From contig JAYWIR010000010.1 of NCBI GenBank assembly GCA_036172245.1, forward strand, positions 2,914,001 to 2,978,000: DNA of 64,000 nt, written 5' to 3'. Position 1 is the first letter of the stretch; every line of letters starts with the position of its first letter. The translations under genes were made by a program, and so were the position numbers. The DNA comes from Raillietiella orientalis. Its lineage: Eukaryota. Under the pieces are notes generated by a model that did not search any database, was not told where the DNA came from, and worked only from the letters and a program-made list of their open reading frames with translations. Shown in pieces: positions 29,301-41,300 of this stretch.

Positions 29301-32300
29301 CCCAGCATGGATCACAGCGGGGTTCCTTGCCTCTTTTTCCCAACCACATCAGACAGTTCGGATGATCCGCCGGCAAGAACCGCGCTTCGGCGTGATCCCT
29401 CGCCGAGATTCCGAGATTTCGGAGGAGCTCCATTCGGAGCAGAGGGCAGGAGCTCTGGTTTGGTGTGCTTGGGGTGCCCAGAGACGCAGCAGAAGAAGGG
29501 CACTTGCACTTGAGGTCTCTATGGAGGATGCTCGCGCATGCCAATCCACCCTTCTCAGCCCAGGAAGAGCTGCACGCGTGAAAAAGAGTTAATTCTTCAG
29601 GTGGCGAAGCTAAGTTCAGTAGCGACTCGTTCCGAATCAGCTTCTAAAATACGGTTTCCGGTACTCAGGGTCTCGGAATTCCTCTAAAAAAATTTTTCTC
29701 GCAACTCGTTCCCCCCATCTTTTTTGTAAAGTTCCAGTGAGCTTTGCCCGCTGCTGCTCAAGTGGTTTTCGTCTTACTTATTTTAGATACGCTGTCGTTA
29801 TCCTTAGAAAGCGGCTGGAAGCACTTCCACCACCAAGACTGATGAGCAGACCAAGCTGGAATTCCTCCTTGAAAAAAGAGCAGCTGGGTACACTCACGTC
29901 TAGCGAACACGCAGTGAAGACAGAAGAAGCGACCTTCGGTCTACGACCAAAGGAGCAGGGCCTTCTTGCGCTTGGATCGGGAAGCTTGTCGTAAGAACAG
30001 CTTACGAAGCGCCTCTTTCATTCCCGAGGTTGCCAAAGATTCGGGAGCAATCTTTCCAAGGACGAAAAAGAAAAGGTCAAGTCAGCCGCTGGAGGAAGGA
30101 AGGAAGCTACGCCACAGCCACTGATTTTTTCCCAGCTTCCATCGTCTTCTCCCTTCCCTTCGAGATACAATTCCAAAATTTATTCCGCGAGGCATCCAAG
30201 GAAGCGAGGCACCGAAAATGCGACCGCAGTTCGTGGCAACGAAGGTAAAGTCGGTCGCTCGCGGAAGGAAGGAAGCTACGCTCGAAGAACCGGCGTAGCG
30301 ATCAGGGAACTGAGTACTCCTTGCATCCGGAATCGGACTGCCGCGGGATGCGTTCAGCTACTCCGACCTCGGGTAGCAAAGCAGATTGCTCGCTTGCATT
30401 GGAACACATAAAATGTTCCACCTCACAGCATCGTCATTTCAGTTTTAGTCTTTTGCGACCTAGACAAAAATGAAGCATTCCTGTTCTCCCAATGTTTAAA
30501 AGAACACATAGGCGAATAGAGGGAGGGAGGGAGGGGGAAGAGATAACGGAAGGGACAAAGGTTCCCACACGTCACTTCTGTTCTCACTAAATCTCTCCTA
30601 AGGTGCTCAGATCCTGCATCCCTTTGAGCTGGCTTCCTACCATCTGTTAACGGGAGCAAATCGACCTATCGGATTAGGAGCGATCCGCTCTCCGGAGCGT
30701 GCGTTCCGACTGACTTTTCTCTCTTCTCTCTTTTTATTGCTTTCCCTTCACACTAAATGTCAGAGGTAAAGCGATTACGGTGAGGCCACCCATCTCTAGG
30801 TTCCTCTTTGGCAGCGTGGGTCATTGTCAACAAACACGGACACATGTTTCGAAAAATACCCACCCGCCAGACCATGTACCGAGAACTTGGAAACGCGTAA
30901 ATCATTCAGAAGTTCTTCAAAAGAAGAGAGAAAGGAAGCCGTAAAGAAAAAAATACTAATGAAGCATTAAACAGTCGCGGCAGCTGGGGTTGGACTTGGT
31001 GCATGTGAGATGGGTGAGCGCGCGTTCGCGGAGACTCTGAAGCATGAGAATCGAGGAAGCGAAAGAGAGACAGAGGGAGGAGGACGAATCGTGCCGAGAA
31101 CGGGCTATGCCTTTGTGGGGGATGCAGCCAACCCTCTTCGTGGAGCACACCAAGAATCGGTGAGCGGAAGCACTGCTGCTGGAAGCACATCGCTCGTGCC
31201 TCCCTCCCCTTCCCTCCCGTTGGGTCGCTGTAGATCCGCTTCCAGATTCGGTCCCACACTTTGATCTTAGCCAGTCCGCGAAGTGAGGTCGGTCCGTGTT
31301 GACTCCTGCTTGATTGGGCGCCCGACGCCACTTTCAGTAACCAAGGAGGACCCTTGCTGCCCGGTGGTCAGCGTATTAATCTCCGGAGTACTTCTGAGTC
31401 AGCTTCACAGAGGAGTCCGGTGCTGTCACGTGATCACCCGGCGCTGCTTCCGGACTGAGGCTCAGCCAGAACGATGCGGGCACCAGGACGCCCGTGGACT
31501 CTCTCGTCCCCAGAGCCATCTCGTGAGATCAACCTTAAGCACTGGTGATGCAGGGCGGCTCCACGCGGTCGGCCGCCTCGCGAAGGCCTCGAGGTAACGG
31601 GCCTTCGTTCGGCCCGGGATGCTCCCGACGAGACGCGGAAACTCTCCCTGCCGGGAAGCGGAGCGCGAAAGAGGTTAGGGTGGAAACCGAGAACCCTCCG
31701 CATCCACGTGAGATCCCGGAAAAGGCAGTAGAAAAGTCCTCTCTTGACTCCTACAACCAGGCGACGCACGGTTTGCTCGTCGTTCAGAGCCTAGAGCTCC
31801 ACCCCTCTTGCGCACTCGCGCGGAGAACTCTGCCTCCTTCCGTTCGTGATCGCGCAACGCTCCCTAGCGTAGGGAAGCATAGACAGTGGAGCACTGCAAT
31901 GTGCACTAAGAGTGTGCCTAAGGAGAGAGAGGAGGTGCTTCAGCGGAAGAGCAATGCTTCTGGGAGGTTCGGCTGGCCAACTCCTGCTGACCCAAAGTTG
32001 AGGAGGATGGACGGACAGGCCTAGTAGCCGGGGACTCCACCAGCTGTTCAGAGCTGCAGCTTCCTTCGCCACCCTCCAGACCCTTAACTCGCGGAAAACT
32101 CTTCCGCTCCTGATGACTACAGGAGAAGGCCTTGATTTCTCCTGATTCTCAGAAGGGGGCTAGGGGGATGCAGCTCTACGCGCGGAGCTTCTCGTCCCCA
32201 CTGAGCGCTGGGAGCAACACACGGACGCAACACGACCCCTCTCCCTCCCTCCGTCGGTTTTCCGTCTACACACCCCTTTGGGAGAGCTTCAGGAGGAATG

Positions 32301-35300
32301 GGGGCCGACAGCCTTTTCCTCCCTGTAGCATGATCCGCCCGCATTCCCCGACCAACGGCTCGAAGCACCCTGTTGTGAGGCTCAGCACCGGTCGAAGCGT
32401 CCCGAGGAAAATGGGCAAGTGGTCGTCTCTCTGGAGGGTGTGGGACTCCCCAAGGGAATGGACGACAGGAACTCCGACCCGTTTCTGCGAGGGATGAGGG
32501 ATGCAGGGGAGTGAAGTCTCCTTTCCTTGCCGGGGAATCCCGCTTCACACGACGTTCGTCTTGAGCGGCGGCCCTTGCGCTCCAGACCCCTTTTTCCGTG
32601 CTTCATCGTCCTCCCCTCCAGACAGTTCTTCTTAGAGCTACGCAGGACTTTCGAACGTCTCACTTCGGACAGGTTCCTAGCAGTAGCGTGCGCACCTACT
32701 GTCTCTTCCCTCTGCGACTTCTGCATGATGTCAAGCTCCTCGCTGTCTTCCACTCCGAGGTCTCTCGAGAGCCCCTAGATGCCTAGACCGGAAGCAAAAG
32801 GGGGGGGGCAGTCAAAGTCCAGTTTCCAGACACTCCACTCCCTCTAATCCCCTGTCTGGCCAGGAAAAACACCGAGGAGGTCCACGGAGGAGGCGAATCC
32901 AGCTGCCCGCGGGCAGGCCTCGACCCTGGAGAGCGATGGGAGCGAGGAAGAAGGATCACGAGGCGCCTGTAGAACTCGGGCGGTGGAATTGCCGCGCCGC
33001 CCGCCTTGACTCCCGGTTCGAGCTCCCCCTTCATAGCGCAGGGAGAGCGGAAGAGACGACTTGGATCCCGCCCCACCCATGAGTCCGCAGGAGCTCATCG
33101 CACCCATTCCCGGAGGAATGGAGATCCCTCAGCCGGAGGCAAGCACTCACAGATCATGTCTATGGTGACGGACGCGTGCAGAGGGACGGTGACGTCGTTG
33201 GCAGCGTGGCAGGAGTACTTGGCGTTGACGTCGGACCGGGAGAGCTGTGCCAGCTGGAGCTTGTTCCTGACAGTGCCGTCGAAGAAGGTCTCGTAGGAGT
33301 CGTCGAGGAGGGCGTTCTCCCGATACCACTTCAGGCTGGGGGCGGGACGTCCTGCAAAAAAGGAAGAGGAGATGAAAGGGGCATTTGCCGCCACTGCTGC
33401 CACCCTTCGCCGGAGAGGACCGGTTTTCCCCTCTCCTAAGAAGGGTGAAAACCTCCTGAACAGCTCCCAGAAGCCTCATGTCCCGGTTCCCCTTGCCTTC
33501 TCGGACCTTTGCCTCGCGAACTCTCCGCACGCGCAAGGCGTGACCACAGAGCACACCAGCGGAGTGACCCTGGCAGGAGGAGTCTCTCGGTTCGAGGAAA
33601 ATTCTGCCCGGGGGATGGGATATCGCGTGGTTTCCACGAGAGTTCGGACGACCTGTGGTATCGATCTGGAGCCGAATATCCGTGGTGAAGAGGTCTGTAG
33701 GATGAGGATCCCCCTGTGCTTCGGGTTTGGGCCAGAGAGGTCACACTTAAAGGTTCCCATCCTTAAACGGGGATGAACCGTTTTGGTGCGGAAGGAGTGT
33801 GTAGCTGGAGCAGAAAGCTTCGGTGAGAGACAGGGACTAGATGAGGCGATGGAGTACTATTTCTTCGGGTGGCGCCTGTGATCCTTCGTGGAAGATTCCG
33901 GGAAGCGTTCCATGGGTGAAGGAAGCAAACAAGGTGGGCAAGGGGCCATCATGCAGTCTGTAGGGGTGAATGGTCTGGAGTTTCTAAACAGAGTCCTTGT
34001 GGAGTGGCAGGATGAACTCAGGATGTCGAGAGAATGCCGGGTGAGAGATTGGGAGCAAAGTTGCTTCGAGGAGGGTGCTTCAAAGAAGTTCAGGCGACTC
34101 CATATGGGGTGAAGTGTGAGCCATCATTATTCTCGTGAGAGTGGCGGTTGTGCTAGGGGTCTGTGGATTGGGGTTGGGAAGGCGACTGACGTTTTTGGTG
34201 AGGTGAGAAAAACCTGCGGAGGTTGCTCGCACGTCATATTATTTTTCCGAGAATGAGTCTGGGTCAGCATGAATGCGGCCCTTCGTGTTTTGACGAATGG
34301 GATACGTGCATGCTGTTTCGTAGGGATCAATCAGTGGATGGCTGCTTTTATAGGGGTTAGGGTAAGCGAGTCGAGGAGTGCTCCTGTGGGGCAGGTAACT
34401 TAATGGTAGGGAATGGCCCCTTGACTTCCTTACGGAAAGTGACTGTAAATGCACCGAGTTTTCTTGAATCGTAGTTTCTGCCATTTACCATGACCTGTGG
34501 AGATGGTCGAACTTGATTTGGATAGCATTCCACGCTTGATCATGAGGACATTAAGGGAATTAAGGGAAATGGACTTTGGGTATTAAGGGATTATTTTTTT
34601 AATGTCCGATGCTGCATGAAAAGAGGCGGGTATGCAGGTTGCTGACCGATTACTTTTCCATCTACAATCCTGATGTTATACAGCGTGAGCTACTGAGGCT
34701 TCAAGGTAGTTTCGCGTGGGAGGAACGGTGAGAAGAGCAAGAGGTATAGAGTAATTCGTCTGATGAGTGTAAGGCGGAAGCAGTTGTTTGGGTAGCCGAT
34801 CGGGAGGAGAGCACTGAGAACTGTGAGACTAATCGAGAGGAGAGAGAGAACTGTGAGACTAATCTTTTTGTTTCCCAAGATGAGCCGTATCATGAGGGAC
34901 CGCACGTTCCCCTGTGATCGTCCTGGTACCATGATCGTTCATTTCGCCACCCCGCCTCTACGAGAATTCTGGTACGTGACTATGGTACAAGGACTTTCGT
35001 AAGGACCACCATGCAAAAGCCGTCAGTGCGTTGCTTCGGGTGGGTTTTTCAAGAGCGAGTTCACTCGATACAGAGCTGAAGTTCCGAGGTCCAATTCGGG
35101 GAACTGTTGGAGAGCTGCCCACCCGCCTCCCGCGGAAACGCGCTCGAGTGTTTCAGCTCACTTCCCCTCTTTCACGTCAATTTGGGTTCAATCACCAGTT
35201 AACCAACCCTTCCTTTCCTTCCCAGTCCCCCAGTTTTCCCCTGATCTCTTATCAGAACACAAGCACGTACATCTCTGCCTATTTTCGGAAGCTTCTGATC

Positions 35301-38300
35301 GTCCTTGGAATGCGCGCGTAGTAGGGAAACCCAAAAAAGTTGGCATCTCAGGGAAGAGGCTGTCCGTAATGAACCCTCGAACGTCAGAGAGAAGTCTTGG
35401 CAACACGTGGGAGTCTACCTCTTCCCGAGACGGAAAAAGGGGTAAACCCTAAAAACAGTGTGAGGGCGTTTCGTGCTAGGAATCTGAAGTCTCTGAGAAA
35501 GCGAATTCAAAAGAGATACCAGATCCGTTCCTAGTCTTTGAGCCTATTGATTCTTTGAGCACGTTTTGAACCGATCTTCGAGTCGACAGAAGTTCCCTGC
35601 GGTATTCCAGATGGGGATAAGGAGTCCGAAAACGAACGGTGGGTTCCTTCGAGCGTCAAAAGCGGGAGTTCCCTCTCCGATTACTGGATATGGTTCCCGG
35701 AATGCAAAATCTTGCAATCTTGAGGAATGCCAGCTAGAAAAGATTGGGCCCATGTCCCTCTTCCTGATAGAAGCGCATAAATGATCTAAGGAAAGGATAC
35801 GGAAAAGAAGAAAAGAGTTTTCGCGACTGCTGGTGCTGCATCGATAATAAAAAAGTGACTTCTTTGCGAAACCCGAAATCGATAAGCACTTTACGTCTTG
35901 CGGATGGTTGAGCACATCCGGAGCGATCCGAGTGGAAACGCTGCTACCCAAAATGGCTTCCGAATAGAGCCACTGAAAGACAGTACATCGATATTATCAG
36001 CATCGCCGCCCTTACGCGACCGCCATCCACAAGGTTGCAACCGATTTCTGCTGAAGAAGGCCAGCTCTGAGCATTTCCAGACATGTCACAGATGGGGAAT
36101 CCATTCAAACGCTTGCAACTTATCATGAGCAATCCCTAATGGAAATCATCCTTGTGAAGGATCACACCGAGCCAAATCCACATGGAAGGTTGGAAGCTAT
36201 CCATGTGGATTCTGTTGCAGTGTGAAAGATAAACTCAGCTCCGAGGAGCTGGCGAACCGAAGGATCGCAACAACGATTGGCAAGCAGCGGGAAAGAACGC
36301 AAAGGACCAAAAGGCAACGGGCTCCAAGATAGGAAGTTTTGTGGAGACAGAGAGACAGAGAGAGAGAGAGAAACTTGGATGTTCTGGAAGGAAACGTGTG
36401 GGAAAGGATGAAGTCACCGCTGGTTGTCCTGCTCGATTGAATGAGAACCGAAACAGCGTGGCCGAGTGCGAAATTGGAGCGGCACCTTGAACTCTTTTCA
36501 GGTCGCGGAAAACCCTCTCGAGTGCGTTCGATCACAGTCGTCACCAGAGAAACGGCCGGCTACCCAAGTCGCCAGCCCCACACACGGTTGGAGACGAGAA
36601 GCATTGAGCTGCTCCTTCAAAACAACGGTGCGAATCATGAGTCCCGGATGAACACCCTCCGCCTTCGCAAGGTTAAGGGTCAAGGAAAGGAAGGAATTCC
36701 CATTTCAGCAGAAGAGAAGCCGGACACCGGTCGGTTGCAAGGAGAAAATAACTATGAGACATACGCAGATTGCAGCCGCACTTAGATTTATGGGACCGTC
36801 CAAGGAGTGGAAGAATCCCCGAATCGACTATAACGAGGGGGCATAAATTCTGGAAAATTGGAATTTTCAAGTGTGACCCCGGCAGGATTTTCTTGCCGTG
36901 TTTATTGGATTCTCTCAGAATGCGGGGAGGGTTGACTCGGTCGAGTATCCTAGAACTAATCTACGTAGGAAAAAGAAAAAAGAAAACAAATCCTCCGCCT
37001 CCACCTAGAGAAGTCATTGGAATCGCTGATGGGCGTAGGGCAACCGTGCAGCAAGAGTCGCTTTGCCGCAGCTTGGAAACGGTTGACATGCGCAGGGGGA
37101 AAGAAAAAGAAAGGCGTCGCAAAGCCCACGGGTGACCAGCTAGATTGACAGAGAAGATAATAGATTTTCTGTAGAGATTTAGATGGATTCCCAAAATCTT
37201 GTCATCAAAACGACTGCAGTGAAGACTTTGCAAACAGGTTGATACTTCGAGTCGGGCCCAAAAAAAAACAACTCTTCAGGTCGGAAGTTTCCTCCTTCGA
37301 GATGGAGCCGCAGATTCCTAGCTGTTGGAACGGGAGGTGCAGAGCAAGTATAGAAAACAAGCCCTACGAGATTCTCGGGCTCATGTAAGTGAAGCTCCTT
37401 CCCTAAGTTCATCCGATCACTATCAGGGATCTAATGAATTGGAGGTTTTGGAAACGAAAGCTTCAAGCAAAAAGGAGAAAACGACTCTTTGCATAATTAC
37501 ATCAGCGCTGCTAGCCGGAAGATGTCGGCTTCGATAGCCATCGGATTCGTCCGACCACATCAGATTCGTCTCAGAGAAGTCGAATCCTGCTTCCTCTCTG
37601 AAGCATGCAGCTAAATGCAAATGCTCATGGCGCAAGAGTGAAACCTTTTTGCTATTTTACACTGCAATTTAGAAGTCCAGTTTCCCAGTTTAGCTTTCTC
37701 GCTTCCGGTACTTCTCGAAGTCCTCTTAAGACGCACAAAAAGCGGTTTCCTACTTCTGCTCACCAGAGAAATCGACAGTTCACCGCACCTTTAACTTCTA
37801 CTGGAGTCGATAACGATCAATAAAGGAGTTGGCACAACGGAACAGACGTTTTGTGGAAATCGTAAGGCCACTGAGAATCCCAGGTTCCGTGAAAAATCGA
37901 AGACTGAGAAGGGAGTTTTCGACAAGCTCCCTGAACCGAGCGGTGCAGAAGGCTTGCTCCTCGCACGATGCTTTGGTCTTTGGGTCTTTGGGATAGGATT
38001 TGGAGTTCCTCTGAGAGTGGATACAAAATGTCTGTTTCCTCTGAACTGACATCCGGAAATATCCGAAAAGAATTAAGTAAGAACTGCTGAAAGGGGACTA
38101 GGAACAGCAGTATCCGTGTCACGGACAATCAGAGGACACTATTTTTCCTTTTTCATTGATTTCTCTTCCAATTCGCATGAAGAATGAACGGAGGGCGAAA
38201 CTTTGAAGTTAGCTGCCTACGAGGACTGCGGTGCAGAAACAGTGATAATGCCTCAGGATAGGTCTCTAGAATCGAGAGAGAAGGGGAAACTATGATAAAC

Positions 38301-41300
38301 AATAAATTCAAATACTAGCCGGTATGTAAATTGACCAACGGACGTGGGAACGGTCCGGATAGGATTAGAGGAAGGTTCTTCCGGTAACGACAGCGACAGA
38401 ACATCGGACCCTGCAAACCTAAAATAAGGCCGGCTAAATGATGGAACGAATCGCCAAACTCTTGACGTAAGTCACTCAGAAACCAGCAAAGCAGTTTTAG
38501 TGAGTGGGAACACTTGTCACTCGCAGATCCATGTTACTGTGCTCCATTATCCAAAGGAGTAACGGGGTGGAATTCTTGGAACAAGTATCGTCATCACTGT
38601 CTTCAGAACTTCAGTCTTTCAACAGGAGAAATAAATCCGAATGTCCGGATGATCTTGGTGCTAAAGTGTACGGGTGAACAGCGCGATGTTTATCATTGTT
38701 TGCCGTCTCTTCAAAGATGATGGCTCCGCAGTGATAATTTACCGAGGAACTAATCAACAGATCGAAAGACATGTCCGAAAAGCTTCTGGAGTCATCTTGT
38801 TGAGGAACACTTGCTACTGCTGTGGCAGTGAAGTCCCCATCTTTATGTCTTCACAACGTTGTCCTTCCTTTTGAAGACACTTTGCTGGTCCACAGGAATT
38901 TGCTCCATGCAATTCAAGGAGTGGGCAGCGTATTGCCAACAAAATTTCGCCCAAGTCACCGAATCCGGAGCTGCACTGTGCTTTCTTTCTTCGCAAGAGT
39001 TCTCAAGAAGCCATTTCATGGACAACCCAATGACGCAATCATTTCACACTAAACCAAGACCTCATAAACCTCATAACACGATGAAGAATAAGTTTTCCTT
39101 AGCATCACTACGGCTGTGAGATTGCAACAGCCTAATAACCCAAACTAACAAAGGTGTTGAGAAGATGAAGAGCAAATGGCACTCAGCAGGGGACGTACGT
39201 GCGCCGTCTCAAAGTCTTTCCAATTACTGTGGCGCGCTTTTGTCAGCTCGCACCATCCATCCATCCTTGTTTTCTCCCCCGCTAACAATTCGAATTCCTC
39301 ACTCATCCAGATATCTGTCTCTAAAGGTTTCCTTGCCATCCAGAGTGCATTTTGCTAAACAGAGCTCGAGTTTTCGGACGCGTTCCCATCCCATGTTCCG
39401 CATCCATGCTTTGAACCAATAGGAGTAAATCACAATGAACGGGACGGGAGTGAAAAAAAGTAGTAGCTCGATGTTTCCTCACTTCCTCGATGGTAGTTTC
39501 CTTTTAGCGAAGAGCCATTCATTTTCGTAGTCCGTAGTCTCGATGCTTCTTCCCTCGCGCATGGAGGATCCTGCCATTGGTAAATAAGGGCGAAATTCAA
39601 GAACAAAGGTAGGACAGCTTCAGAGATCGTCACCCTGACCTTTTTTAAAACAATCGAAGAAGTCAACTGATTCGCAGATGATTAACCTAACTAGGAACTC
39701 CGTTATAATCTATTATGGTGATTGCGAATCAACTGAAATGGCAAACAAGCACAGCTTTGAGAGCAAAGACTTTCCGATGGGGAAACGGTCAGCAGGCACA
39801 TTTCTTAGCTACGGATGAACGAACGGGAAAGTTTTCAGGAATTTTCAAAGAAGAAAGAAGCATCGGATATTTTGGAAGCCATAAATTGCAATTAAAACAA
39901 GTTTTACATCGCTGGTCCATCGGAGAAGCTTCGAATCCGGATTTCAGAAAGCAACTGTCAAGTTCATTACATTTGAAGCGGATTTGCAAAGATTGAATCA
40001 TGGAAGCTCCGCTTTCCTGGAGTCTTTGATAAAGCATCTAATTTATGATGCCGGCCATTAATAAATAATGTGATGGAACTTTTGGGAACGTGATGAATCG
40101 AAGTATAAAAGACAATGAGGGGATTACAAATTCTAGGAAAAGATAAATCGAAAACTCCTGGCGTCTTTCGGAAACAAATTTCTCATATTAAATTTCTAGA
40201 CCCATCTATTTGATCAATGAAATAGGAAAAATGCAGCAGCTTCGAGGGCGCACCAGTATATAAATGATTGGATACCGATTCTGCTTTCTAGAGTGCCACA
40301 GACAATACGTCTTGTACAGAAGAAATACATCTCGATTTCCGCATGGAGGTTTTGCCAGTAGAAAGCTGGCGAGTCCCTGTTGAGGAACAAGGGATTCTGT
40401 GTATAAGACTCGTCTTCTGTACAGAAGACATGAAAAATGCATGTCCGCACTCATTAAAAAAACATCCGAGCTTCGAGCGTGTATCCTGAGGGAGAGGCAA
40501 GATTGGCGGAAAGAAGGAGCTGTCTTCCATATCAAGTGGCAGTGAGCCACTTTTCTGTCTTTGGAATACGCCGAGCTTCGACGATGGATCTGCCGGAGAT
40601 GCGGTCGGTATGTGAACAGGGAGACGTCAAGTGGATGTTTGCGATGGTTAGTCTCCGAATCTGCAACTATTTTGGACAGAATTTTCCTCCGCCCCTTCTG
40701 CATCAGCAGTATTGATCTCGAGTGCCTTCGAGGACGCTTCGTTCTCTCATCCTTCCTGCTCGCTGCTTCCCCTTCGAAGCGTTTCCGCGGCTTTCCAGGT
40801 GCTTGGGTTTTCGTTCCGTCAACATCCCCTGTCTGTCTTTCGAAAACCGCTCTAGCGTTCAACACTGGATATGCAGGTGCAACCATCTTGCTCGCTGAGC
40901 TCGATCTCTCAAGCTGCGGCGCGAAGGCACCTGCCCCTTCACAGAGACGCAGCTCTTGGGACTGTGCTGCAGTCTCTGGACTACTGCTCATCTGTACCAA
41001 CTCCTTTCACAGTCTTTTCCGATTCCAGACCATGTCTGGTGCTATTTTTAGAAACCCGTCATGAGGCTGTAAGAATTTCATGAGCTATAATTTGCGGCGA
41101 GATCCCTCTACCCTTCCAAAATAAAGACTCTTAGAAGAAGGATAAGGAAGCGAGGAACGGACCTCAATGTTTTCCAGGAAAGAAATTGGAAATGAACAGG
41201 GAGTCATCGGATTAGTACACTCTACCACACGGGAACGAAAACCTGCTTCGTTTGCTTGGGGAAATCTCTGCCGTGATCTCTCTCCCCATGGATCCGGGTT

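Noticed and set aside
40206..41064. Overlapping 264-aa (-) and 167-aa (+) ORFs in the Ig2 intron, possible nested gene
   Set aside because: No domain motifs, transposase or RT signatures, or evident exon structure.
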